Under the pieces are notes generated by a model. That model did no database searches. It saw only the letters and a list, made by a program, of their open reading frames with translations, and was not told the origin of the DNA. Shown here piece after piece: positions 11,446 through 23,065 of a stretch of DNA of 41,260 nt. Within the stretch, counting starts at the first letter, position 1. The number at the start of each line of letters is the position of its first letter. A program made the position numbers and the translations under genes. Source of the stretch: Chiloscyllium plagiosum (taxonomy: Eukaryota); NCBI RefSeq assembly GCF_004010195.1, contig NC_057718.1, positions 26,163,341 to 26,204,600 on the forward strand, given 5' to 3'.

Positions 11446-12656
11446 CATGTAAATGCGAGGGTATTATGCTGTCACTCTCCTGCTCTTCATTGTGACCTAA
11501 ATAGCTCTGAATTATTTCCCTTCAGATATTTCTCTAATTCCCTTATAATATTTCCTATCAAATCTGCTTCCTCCCTGCTTTCAAGCAGTATTCCAGATCA
11601 TAACTCAGAGTGTGATTGAGTTTAATTAAACCTTTAATAATTTGGAGAAAGATTTGATCACTTCTGACTTGATGTTGAATTACTCCTTATCTTATTGCCA
11701 TGGCTATTTGCCACATTCACTAAAACCAAGCAGTGGAGCATCCCAAATCAGAATATGTTGCATCGTATAAGGCTATTGCTCTTTGTTGCTCTTCAGTACC
11801 AAGTAAAGTTAAAATATTTCTTGTTTATCCATCGGTGATGAAAGTGAGCTGTTATTACACCATGTCTGAGTGAAGCATTAATTCTAGTTGATGACAATAT
11901 AGAGTTTGCGATGAATAATCCTTTTAGTTTCTTTCGGTGCATGCAGTAAAGAGGTTCATTTGAGACCTGGAGACATCCCTCTTCATTAGTGCTGGACTAT
12001 TGGTTCTCAGCAGCCTCTGTAGTGAGCTTGCTGACACACCACTGGCAGGCTCTTGTTAGAATGTATTCAAGCATCAATATATTGTGCCGTATCTTTTAAT
12101 TAACTAAGCAGTTCATCATGCCTGCACTGGTCAGGCTGAGGGCAAGTGAGGAACAAAACAGCGGGGAATGTGGGGGAAGAAGGGGGTGAATCTCTGAAGT
12201 GTTCTTCTGCTTGTCTACCCTAACTTTGGCGGAACAGTTTCAGAAACCTTCAGAAAATTACAATGCTGCTGCAGAATTCTAGCTGGAGAATGTCCCACCC
12301 TCCCCCGCTTTTATTTGAAGACCATTTAATATCATTTAATAAAAAGGTTGTGTTTTTTTTTTATCAAAGACCATATAAGCATAAACTACTCAAACCAGCA
12401 AACAAAGAATACTGCTGCCAAGTTCAGCAGCTGGTTATCTCACACTGACTGTTGTTCTACTTTCATTGTGTAAAGGAAGCTTGCACACACCCTTCTGGAC
12501 TAGACTCAACATCATTTTTTAAGCACACATACAGGGATGTCAATTGCAGACTGATTGGATGTCATGGATCCTAAAGCTTCAGCTAATGTAGTCACTTAAA
12601 GATTCACAGATGAACACACAATCGGCAACAGAAATGATACTGCACCAGTGCTTTAA

Positions 12657-12982
12657 TCATAGAATCTCCAACAGTGTTGAAACAGACCATTTGGTCCATC
12701 AAGGCCACACCGATTCTCCAAAGAGCATCCCACCCAGACCCACCTCACCTTTCCCATGGCTAATCCACCTAACCTGCACATCCCTGGACATTATGGGCAA
12801 TTTAGCATGGCCAACCCACCTAGTCTGCACACCTTCAGAATATGGAAGGAAACTAGAGCACCCTCAGCAAACCCATGCACTACGTGGAAACTCCACACTG
12901 ATAGTTACCTGAGGGTGGAATTGAACCTGGGTCCTGGTGCTGTGAGGCAGCATTGCTAACCACTGAGCCACCATTCCACCCC
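12657..12982 (-). mobile_element. HE1-like SINE
   Basis: Reverse complement has A box, B box (ggttcaattcc), V-domain core and CR1-like tail. Confidence 0.9.
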
Positions 12983-13663
12983 ACCAAAGTATCATACTTA
13001 CTTTCAGCTCAGTAGTGATTGACTTACATGATTGATGCAATTGTGGAAGTGTTTGATGTTTTTAGAATTCTCCAAAGTTCTGTAAGTCTACGGAGAGCGG
13101 TGTGGTACATACTAAAGAACTGGCCAGATAATCAGCGAACAATTCTTGTACCTCAACATTGGGAAGAACAATGTGTGAGATGTTCACACTTCAATAAATA
13201 TACCCCCTGATGTAATCATGACTGCAGCCTCAGTGCAGTGCAAGGGCCACGCTGCCAATTTCTGGGAAGATGATTATAGAAACTAATCTTTATTCATCAG
13301 GCTCCTTCCAAGGTTGGAGCAGGCAATATTTGCAAAGCCGCCAAATTTGTCATACACTGTTCCATAAAGGAGGTCACTGAGGTTTCTGTGTAAACAGCGA
13401 AGACAATGGTTCATTGTCTCTTGCTTGAGAGATGCAGTTGGAGTAAACATGTAGCTTTGTGACAATTACAGAATTCTTCATTTTGCAAGATGCAATTGGG
13501 TGGCTATATATCACTTCACAAGCAGTATATGTAAAACCTTGAAATGTAACACAACTGAGAAAGATGTCACTCCCTCAGAAATGAATTGGTTTGCAGAGAT
13601 TCATGCAGTTCATTGCCTGAACTTCTGTCTTCAATCTGTGGCAGCTCACTGTGCCAACTATAT

Positions 13664-14016
13664 GGGGCAGCACAGTGGCTCAGTGGTTAGCACTACCACC
13701 TCATAACACCAGGGACCTGGGTTCAATTCCAGCCTTGGGTGACTGTCTGTGTGGAGTTTGCACAGTCTCCTTGTGTCTGCGTGGGTTTCCTCCAGGTGCT
13801 CTGGTTTCCTCCCACAATCCAAAGATGTACAGGTTAGGTGAATTGGCCATGCTAAATTGCCCATAGTGTTCAGGGATGTGTAGGTTAGGTGCATTAGTAA
13901 GGAGGAAATGTAGAGTAATAAGGTAGGGAAATGGTTTGGGTAGGATACTCTTTGGAGGAGTTAGTGTGGACTTGTTGGGCCGAAGGGCCTGCTTCCATAC
14001 TGTAGGTATTCTGATT
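13664..14016 (+). mobile_element. Full-length HE1-like SINE
   Basis: ggggcagcacagTGGCTCAGTGG..GGTTCAATTCC, core gactgtctgtgtggagtttgcac, tail ttgttgggccgaagggcctgcttccatactgtagg. Confidence 0.93.
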
Positions 14017-14035
14017 TATAAATTTACATTTGAAC

Positions 14036-14450
14036 CATAGCAGGTCTGGCAACATCTGTGGAGAGAGGAACATCAATATTTCAAGCCTGATATAACTCTT
14101 CTTCTGAAGTTAAGAGATTGGAAAATTATGGTTTTTGTGCTGTTAACTAAAGAGGTGAGGAGCAAGAGGAACATACTGGTGGGTGTGTCTCAAGCAAAAG
14201 GCAAAGGGAGAGCTAATGATAATAATGGTACGATGTGGATGCAAAATAGGTAGCAAATGGTTGAAATGAACATTCAAAAATAGCTTCACTTTGTTGAGAG
14301 GAAACAAGTCTCTGGAGTGCAAAGGAAAATGTAATAAAAATACAGAATAGTTCTGACTGGGCTGTCTCTGATAAATGCAACCAACTGTGATACCAATAAA
14401 TGCAACTGCAATTTTCCATGTACCTTCCCTTTCCTCTGTTACTGACCCTC
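14036..14450 (-). mobile_element. Degenerate Penelope-like terminal repeat fragment
   Basis: cagcaggtctggcaacatctgtggagagag-like start followed by purine-rich sequence, as at 30160-30480. Confidence 0.5.
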
Positions 14451-14597
14451 ACAGCAGTGTTTTAGCCATAATGTAAACAAAGAATTGATACAAGGGAAAC
14501 TTTTCAAACCACATGTGTAAATCAAACTTTGCAAAATCTGTGTTCCTCGTTACTGACACCATCCCTTCCTCTGAAAACTAGAGAAGCTGAACCAGAC

Positions 14598-15019
14598 TGT
14601 TTGCAACTTTAGTTGCATACTTGACCCCAGCTACTTTTCCACCAGGTTACTCAGACTCAAAAATAGAAATTGCTGGAGAAACTCAGTAGGTCTGGCCACA
14701 TCTGCAGAGACAAAGCAGAACTAACTTGGGTTCTGATGAAAGGTACTGGACTTGAAACATTATCTGTTTTCTCTCCACAGCTGCTGCCAGACGTGCTGAG
14801 TTTCTCCAGCAATTTCTGTTTTTGAGTCTGAGTAACCTGGTGGAAAAGTAGCTGGGGTCAGGTATGCAACTAAAGTTGCAAACACGTCTGGCAGCAGCTG
14901 TGGAGAGAAAACAGATAATGTTTCAAGTCCAGTACCTTTCATCAGAACCCAAGTTAGTTCTGCTTTGTCTCTGCAGATGTGGTCAGACCTACTGAGTTTC
15001 TCCAGCATTTTCTGTTTTT
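14598..15019. repeat. Complex inverted duplication A-B-C-B'-A'-C'-B' built on a Penelope-derived fold-back element
   Basis: A 14598-14658 / A' 14824-14884; B 14659-14686 / B' 14796-14823 and 14992-15019; C 14687-14795 / C' 14883-14991; near-perfect reverse complements by direct reading. Confidence 0.92.
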
Positions 15020-15059
15020 GTGTTAGATTTCAAGCATTGTTGTTTTATTTCAATCACCC

Positions 15060-15320
15060 AGACTGCCCATTTCCAAGTATGTAACACCATCAACCGCCTT
15101 CCCAACCTCAGCCCATTTGCTGGTGAATACTTCCCTGATGCCTTTGTTACCTCTCATCTCGACTATACCAACACATCAATCCTCATTTAATCCCTTCATA
15201 AACTAGAGGTCATCCAAAACACTGTTGCCCATGCCCTAGTTCATACCTAATCAACATTGCCGATCCTCATTGGTTAATGCTTCCAGTGTAAAATTCCATT
15301 CTTTTTCCCATCAAATACTT
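15060..15320 (+). mobile_element. Ancient L2-clade LINE ORF2 C-terminal fragment
   Basis: Translates AFVTSHLDYTN and LHKLEVIQNTVAHAL, like the L2 consensus AFVTSRLDYCN..LQLIQNAAARxL. Confidence 0.65.
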
Positions 15321-15822
15321 GTCACAGAACCAGGATGCCAGATCCTTCCCACTTCACTCCTCCATAATCCTGATCTCACTCTCTGTCCTGATGCCTATCA
15401 GAGGTTAGTTGTTGCAAGATTTTGGGGTGACATTTTTCCGGTTAGTGTTATTTGTGTTTAAACATCAAATGATTCAAATAACACTGAATACTTGTTTCAT
15501 GTCTTCATGTACCCAGTCAGGAGTTTTGTCAATTATTCATTCATTAAAATAAAATCACCTACTCCCTCTTACTGTTTGGTCTCATGCTTTCTTGCCAGAT
15601 AATTGTGGCTTTCCTTGGATCCCTTTTCTATGTCTTGCAGCCTCTCCACATTCCCTCAGCCACAATCCCTTTACAGACTCAACCTTGCTGGTCCCAGGCA
15701 AGTGTGCGAGCTGCCATTCTGACTTCCTCTCAGCACCTGGACCCACTGTTGGAAATTGAGATTTTGAATCAGACCTCACTATGTCACCCTGCACACCACA
15801 TTTTCAAGAGGCAACTGGCGCG

Positions 15823-16142
15823 ATTAGATTAGATTCCCTACAGTATGGAAACAGCTCCTTCGGCCCAACAAGTCCACACCGATCCTCCAAAGAGTAACCC
15901 ACCCAGACACATTCCCCTACCCTCTATTTACCCCTGACTAATGGACCTAACACTACGGGCAATTTAGCATGGCCAGTTCACCGGACCTGTACATCTTTGG
16001 ATCGTGAGGGGAAACCAGAGCACCTGGAGGAAACCCACGTAGACACGGAGAATATGCAAACTCCACACAGACAGCGGGAATCGAACCCAGGTCCCTGGTG
16101 TTGTGAGGCTGCAGTGCTAATCACTGAGCCACCGTGCCACCC
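15823..16142 (-). mobile_element. Full-length HE1-like SINE
   Basis: (gatta)n tail, core cacggagaatatgcaaactccacacagaca, head gggaatcgaacc..cactgagccaccgtgcc. Confidence 0.92.
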
Positions 16143-17039
16143 ACAAACTTTCCCGTGTACTAAGAAATATCCCAATAAAACAAATATCGCACTAACCATT
16201 ACTCAAAAGCTACATTCTAAGAACGTACAAATAAATTTGCTCTCACTGGAGAACAAACCCAAGAGATTATGTGATTCAGCTTTAAATTACAAGCAGGAAC
16301 GTCTGATGTAAATTTAACCAATTTGAACTGCAATCCTAAAGAAAAGGACTGAAGCTGAATAGGAGCAAGCTGTAAGTATTGTGGCAGGTTAAAAACAAAC
16401 AAAAAAGTTAAATAGAAATGCAATGCTGGACACAGTAATGTCAAGTGTGAAATATGAAGATCAGATTGAATAATGTAAGAGTGGTACATGCAGTTTATTT
16501 TAATCTGCTGTCAGGACCAGAAGGTCAAGACACAGAGAGAAGAGAATGCCACCATAATGCCTTGTTCAGGGAACTCAAATTCTATCAGGTCCACCTGGCT
16601 GACCTCATGACAATCACTACATTTACCTTTCTATTCCTCTGGGAATAAACGTTGGTACTTGGTGTTGTTAATTTGCGTCAGTACTTTTAATTGTAGTCCT
16701 TCACAGTATTACTCACACAGTTCATAAAACAATGCAAGACTTGTTTGAATTTTACACCATTTGTTGGAAGCAGTGGGCTCATTGGCCCATGAAGTTTCCT
16801 GCCAGCTTTCCTGCCTCCCCATGCTCCTACAAATATGAACACTTACCCTCAAGCAATAATTTTTCTTTAATCATTCCTTTGCATTATTTTAAGTGGCTTG
16901 GCTGGAACAGTCCGCATTTGCAATGCCCACGTCTAACCTAATGAAGTCTGGTGTTGCACCTCGTACTCAGTTTAACCTGAAAACCCACCCTCTGCAAATT
17001 ATCAACCGGGGCAGATGTTAACCAAAGGGCGGATAAGAT

Positions 17040-17245
17040 TAAGGAATTTAAGAATATTAATTTCAGCATGGCTAAGGCATTGGAGAATCTTACAGGACAA
17101 AATACTGACAAATCCCCCTTATATAATGGCCTGCCTAAGGTTTTAAAAGAGGTAGCTGCAGAGATATTGCCTGCATTGGTTATGATTTCCCAAGTTCCTC
17201 ATTTTTATAGCAGTCCCAGCAGATTGGGAGACAGCAAATGTCACA
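17040..17245 (+). mobile_element. CR1 ORF2 fragment
   Basis: ORF 17068-17250 DKSP..LPKVLKEVAAEI, then DW..ANV-like sequence. Confidence 0.7.
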
Positions 17246-18400
17246 TGTAGTCTTTAAATTCTTTTGTTATATTCATTTGATTTGTATTAATTAGGCCTCC
17301 TTTCTCAGTGAAATGTAACATTCGGAGCACACTCAGTTGTTAGTTGACAATGTTTAATTCTGCCCAGTGGAAGCAGTGGGATTTAGTGCAAGGTCACTCA
17401 GGATATTTTGAGCTCACTTAACAAGAGTTCAAAGAAGGCAAAGTCACTGAAAACCAGTTAGTTTGGGAAGGGGAGAGATGCCGTGCCAATTTCGGAGTAA
17501 AGCAGGTTGCTATACTGGTGGGAAGGCAGCTAAGGCACAGGTTTTGTGTAGGGGATTTTGTGAGGAATCAAGAGCAGTGCTTTCGAATAAACTCAGGGAG
17601 ATTGATGAACTTTGAGGCAGCCTAAGAGTGTCAGGACTCAGAAGGAATCCTGTACAGCTGAGAAAGTGGGGAGATTCATGGCTTTCGGCTGGGAAAAGTT
17701 GCAAGGAGCTTGGAAGAAATATCTAAGCGTTAATACTTCAGTACAACTGAGAGAGTGTCGGATGAAATGCTCACCAGCAGCATTGGCTTAATGTTACTGA
17801 GCAAGCTTGGAGTGCAAGGAAAGCGCCCAAGGTGGGGCTGGCTTGGTATATCTTGCTTTTAGTGAAAAACTGGAGTTGTGCTTGTGACGATGTACTGGAG
17901 TGCAATTCTTGGTGTCGCTGGAAGTGTCAACCCAGGAAAGGATGGTGATCAAGCAGAGAGGGAGTTTCAAGGCCAGATCAGTGAAAGTAAAGAATTTTAA
18001 TCCCTTATGAATTTCAGTGAAGTTTGTTGGCCAACTGTAACATATAGAGGAAGTTGATTAGAGTCCATGGGATCTGTTTTGATTACATTTGTTATTTGAT
18101 GTTACTAAGGGGTGTTCAATCACAGTATGATCTCCACGTTTATCTCATGTCAATTCTAGGTGTTTAGAAATAAATTGTACGTTTATTGTAGACTGTATCA
18201 CTGTTCTAACTTAGACACAAAGTAATGTTGTTTGCTTAAAATCTCTTAATAAATTCCCTGGTTTTGCTATTAAAAACAAAAGTTACTGGTCCCAAGCAAG
18301 TCATAACATAATTTGTTGATCTCATTCGGGATCATAACTTAAAATTAGCAGTCTGGTTTAGGTTAGTAACATAATTTGGTGATCTGATCTGAGAACAGAG
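17246..18400 (+). mobile_element. LTR-like element
   Basis: Starts tgtag, AATAAA at ~18249, ends in repeated taaca-taatttg(t/g)tgatct units resembling LTR end plus primer-binding site; non-coding. Confidence 0.4.
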
Positions 18401-18442
18401 CAACTTATTTAAAAGATTTGGTGATACGACTTTAAAATAATT

Positions 18443-18678
18443 TCTTGACTGAAAGAACTCCACAGAGGCCGGTATCCTGTCACCAAGTTACCCTTTATTT
18501 TCACGTGGAGTGTCCTTGACACTGATCCAGCTCTTTCAGAGCCAGGTCTCAGAATGAACAGAGATACTCTGTTTATATCTGTCAGCCAGGGTTCCCTGGT
18601 TGTGCCAGATTAACAGCCTCAATCAGGGAACTCAAATTCTATGAGGTCCACCCGGCTGACCTCATTACAATCACTACA
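18443..18678 (-). mobile_element. Short solo-LTR-like element
   Basis: Reverse strand begins TGTAGTGATTG, has a TATA-like gatataaac and AATAAA (tttatt at ~18494). Confidence 0.45.
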
Positions 18679-18769
18679 TTTACCTTTCTATTCCTCTAGG
18701 AATAAACTTTGGTACTTGGTGTTGTTAATTGTGTCAGAACTTTTAATTATTTATTTGGGCACCCTTTGT

Positions 18770-20000
18770 TCTATCCCATTTAGATTTTTATTTCTAAGTG
18801 TCAAGCAACCTCCCTTTTTTTTTATTGCTACATACTTATCTATTAAATCAATTTCCCAATTGTTTCCCATTCTGCAAGTTTATTAGTATCAGTCCACCCT
18901 CAGTATTAACTATCCTTTCCCACGCAAGTTGGTATCATCTGCAAACTTAACAATAGTGCTTTTTATTGTGTTTGTGGTTCACTAGAACTACAAATAGAAC
19001 CTGAGGTTGACAGAAGGTTAATTTTAACAGGGAATACTTTATTATGTGTCCTCTCAGCTTCACAGTCGGTCCCACTAATGTCTGCCTCTGGGTCACTTGA
19101 CCCACTCTTTTAAAGGGGCAACCTACACACAACGACATCCAGAACATTTTTGACTCGCTTTGTGCTTTTAAGCAAAGAATATGAAGTGGATCCAGAAGTG
19201 AAAATTGAACAGCACTTCCCACCAATTGATATTCGAAACAATTGCCATTACTCTCTGTTTTCAGTCTTTCAATTGACTGGCTGACCATTCTTCTCTGACT
19301 TTGCACTGTCTGACCTTAGTCATTAGTCTGTAATGTAGCATCTTATCAGACAGCTTTTGAAAATCAAGATAAATTACATCTACTGCGTTATCTTTGTCTA
19401 CTTCCTCTGTTGCCTCTTAAACAAAATTAATGAGCGGTCAAGTAAGATTTTTCCTTTGAAATCTTTGCTCATTATTCAATGTTACCTCTATGGCTTCTGG
19501 TTCTTGTATTCTCTTTTATAATTGAGGTTCCATTATTTTTCCACCAATGCTAAGCTGACTGGTCTATAATTCCCTCGGTATTTTCTACATTCTTTCTCAA
19601 GTGTAGAGGTAAACTATCTCCCAGTCTTCTGACACTACAACTTCTTCAAATCAATTATTACAAATGTATAGTGATGCCTTTATTATCTCTTCCAAAAAGA
19701 CTTTTAAAATGAGCAGATGCAATCCATGGGACCAAAGGTTTTCACCTCTTTGAGTTTGATTAGCTTATTTAATATTGCCTTTTTTATGACAGCAGTTATC
19801 TCATTTTAAATCTCTTCAGCCAATATCATGTCCACCTGTCCTGTTTGCCTGAAGCAAAGTAATTATTTAATGATTCTGCCATTTCTCTACCCTTGCCCCT
19901 GTGATTATCCAGTCCATCATTAAGTGCTCCTATTCCCATCGTGACTAGCTGTTTTATTATTTATATGCCTATAAAATGTTTGACTTTTTAAAATAATGCC
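18770..20000 (-). mobile_element. Highly degenerate CR1 ORF2 fragments
   Basis: Reverse strand: KFADDTNL at ~18925-18948, VIYLDFQKLSDK at ~19345-19380, NYRPVSL at ~19550-19571. Confidence 0.65.
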
Positions 20001-20982
20001 AATAATAAACCAAAATAAAATCCTGTAAGATTTTAAGATTCTGATGTCTACTGGATTGAAATCACCTAATAATTGCATTTATTATTGTATGTAATTACGG
20101 TATAAATCAAATAATTTGAAGAATGAAACCATGATCTGAATTTCTTTTTGGAGAGGTCTTGCAACTGTTATGAAAATAAGACTTCTCAATTCCATTCCAT
20201 GAGGTACTTTCCTTAGATAGGGATCATTGAACAGATGATATAAGTTTTTTTAACCATATTTCCATAACAGGAATGGAGTCCAAAGTTGGCAGGGAACAAA
20301 GTATGGAGAATATTAAGTATTTATATTAAACAGGATAAAACTGCCCCCAAAAAATGTCTTTTCTTGTTTTTTTTATAAAATGTTTCAATAAGCTGCTGCT
20401 CCTTGTAGTTCAGATATGGCCAGCAGACAAATAAGCATCAAACTCTTTTCCTTCAGTCAAGATGATCAATAGTCTTCCTGCATTGTGCTAGCAAGAGCCC
20501 TCATCTGTCCTCTCATGCTACCTTTGACCAGAAGTACTTCAATAAGGGACATGGGGAAACGAGTGATCATTCAATGGAGCATTGAGGGTCAGGTAGTCGA
20601 GATCACTGCAAGTCAACTGTAGGAATTTTCTAACCCTATTTAGCATAGTCTCTAATATTATTCCAACCAAAACTGAATTGTGCAGCAGAGGAAAATTCCA
20701 TCTGATAGGTTGCTGTTCTAATATATCTTGGGTTCTTATATAAAAAGTAGATTTATAGCTCTATGCATAGGCTCCAATCAAAATCCCACTGCTCCTATGT
20801 GAATTCAGTTCCCTTTATGTGTAACTGTTGAAGTCAATACTGACATGAGTTGAAAGGCACTTTGATATAAAGCCATGAAACTCTGACTTGAATTAAAAGT
20901 AGATTGTCTTTGTGCTGCTCTGATTTACAGGGCCTTCTTTCACTCTTTCTTTCTGTATTATTTATATTTTTGACTGGTACAG

Positions 20983-21116
20983 GTGGACAGTGCTTCAGGG
21001 GAGAGTAGGACGTTTGGAACAGTCTTTCAGGATCTCTTTGGTATATAAAAAAAGCAACAGAAGAAGCTGGGAGTTGACAGCTGTGGACTCAGTTATTCTG
21101 AAAAATTGCAATGAAG
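20983..21116 (+). CDS. ALK: Internal coding exon of an ALK-family receptor tyrosine kinase (C-terminal end of first MAM domain; equivalent to human ALK exon 5)
   Basis: Pyrimidine-rich acceptor ...tttttgactggtacag|G and donor GAA G|gtaaat. 134 nt, open frame: 1 nt + WTVLQGRVGRLEQSFRISLVYKKSNRRSWELTAVDSVILKNCNE + G. Resembles human ALK [43 protein letters not shown] (recalled, not searched). Not in the ORF track. The paralogue LTK is not formally excluded. Confidence 0.88.
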
Positions 21117-21854
21117 GTAAATGTTCTGGTTTGAAAAGAGTAAGGGTGCAACAGCTATGAGTTTATTTTAAATGCCGTCTGTAACAAACTAAATATTTAA
21201 AACGTGCATCAAAAATGATAACATAAATACTTCTTTATTTTTGTTGCAAATGAGTTTTCTTCTTTAATCAATTATCTCAGTTCACCAAATAAAATTGACA
21301 TTTGAGATTAATGGTGGAAAGAAGGGAGAAAGAAATAATTACTAACACGTTTCCCATTCAGACATTGTTCTCTTCAATGTAATTTACCAGTGTTTCAATG
21401 ATATCATTGCTTTTACATTGTCAATACCTTTACTATAGCCCCACTTATTCATCAACAATACAATATCACTCCAATTACTAGAATTCTGTTTCAGACCTCA
21501 CTAATACTCAAATATACTTATGTTATACCTTATTAATGCTCCAATATGCATCACTAAACTGACAATGTAATTTAACAAGCCTCATTACAATTATCATGTA
21601 TTTTCCTAATGCTTCTACGTACTTGCCTCATACTATCATACTATATATTAATATTTAGTTGTTAATGCTTGACAGTATCTCATTAATGCCTCAGCATGTT
21701 CACAAATTTTTCATCTTTAAATAACACGCAACATGCTTCATCCATGCTTCAAATTGCTTTATTGGTACCAATCACTCTTCACTAATCCTTCAAAATACTT
21801 AAGAATGGTTTACCAATCCTAAATTTAATTCATTCATGGTATGGCGTATTTACC

Positions 21855-22270
21855 TTAAGAGGATTATAAGGTTATCTTCTGAGAGAAAGGTGAACAGGTT
21901 GGGCCTCTATCCATTCATGATAAGAAAAAAAGTGGTTATCATATTGAAGCATATCAGATCCTGAGGGGACTTGACAAGATTGATAAGAATGAAGACGCAC
22001 CATTTTAAAATGATCCATCTCCCATTTCAAATGGAGATGAAGAGAAAGAATTTCTCTTTGAGGGACATTAATATGTGGAATCCTCTATTTCTGAGAACAT
22101 TGGAGGCAGAATTGTTGCAGTTTTAAAGGATAATGTCGATAGATTCTTGACTAACAAGGGAGTCAAAGGTTCTAGGTGTAGACAGGAAAGTAGGGTTAAG
22201 GCGAACCACAGCTTAACAAACAGCAGTTCTGGCTTGAGGGGCCAAATGGTCTGTTCCTGCTCTGAATTCA
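21855..22270 (+). mobile_element. CR1 3' end fragment
   Basis: gaacaggttgggcctctatcca..gatcctgaggggacttgaca..aatttctct..tgtggaattc-like; tail ttgaggggccaaatggtctgttcctgctc. Confidence 0.75.
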
Positions 22271-22356
22271 AATACATAATTAATATAATTCATTAAACTG
22301 ACACAACAACACTATTTAATAATACATGTTATTTCATCAGATTTCCCTAGTACTGT

Positions 22357-23065
22357 CATAGAGTCATAGAGCATGGAAACAGGCCCTTCAGCCCAACCAA
22401 TCTGTACTGATTTCCCCTAAACTGAATCGTCTCTTTGCCTGTGCTTGGCCCATATCTCTCTAAACCTTTCTTATCCATTTACCTGTCCAAGTATTTTTTA
22501 AATATCGTAACTGTACTCGCTACTACCACTTTCTCTTGCAGCTTGTTCCTCTGTGAAAAAGTTACTCCTTAGGTCCCTTTTAAATATTTCCCTTCTCATC
22601 TTAAACTGATGTCCTCCAGTTTTGGATGCTGTTACCCTGGGGAAAAATCATTGGCAAATCACTTTATCTAAACCCCTCATGATTTTATAAATCTCCATAA
22701 GGTCACCCCTCAGCCCCCTTTGCTCTAGAGAAAAAAATGTCCCAGCCTACCCAGCCTCTTCTTGTAACTCAGACTTCCCAGTCTTGGTAATGTCCTTGTA
22801 ATTTTTTTCTTTTGCAGTCTTTCCAGTTTAATAACATCCTTCCTATAGCAGAATTGTATGCAGTAACTCAAATGTGGCCTTACCAATGTCTTGTACAACA
22901 GTAACATGATGTCCCAATTCTTGTATTCAGTGCTCTGACTGATGAAAACAAGCATGACAAATGCCTTCTTCATCAACCTATGATGACTGTTTCAAGGAAC
23001 TATGTACCTGACCCCTAGGTCTCTCTGTTCGACAACACTCCCCAGGGCCCTACCATTAACTGTGA
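22357..23065 (-). mobile_element. CR1 3' end fragment
   Basis: ORF 22725-22976 (LYKTLVRPHLSYCIQF..RKDVIKLERLQKK.TRTLP) and tail tcatagagtcatagagcatggaaacaggccc. Confidence 0.9.

Noticed and set aside
13651..13894. Recurring small ORF family (MGNLAWPIHLTCTSLDCGRKPEH..., VCTFSPCLRGFP...)
   Set aside because: Translations of HE1-like SINE copies, not a protein family.
20400..20640. Possible ancient SINE or conserved element upstream of the MAM exon
   Set aside because: Slightly GC-richer, but I could not match it to a family or show conservation from this sequence alone.
1..20982. Upstream ALK exon (MAM1 core), and the next exon after 36438
   Set aside because: No matching open, splice-bounded sequence recognised by eye; probably outside the window, though a diverged exon could have been missed.
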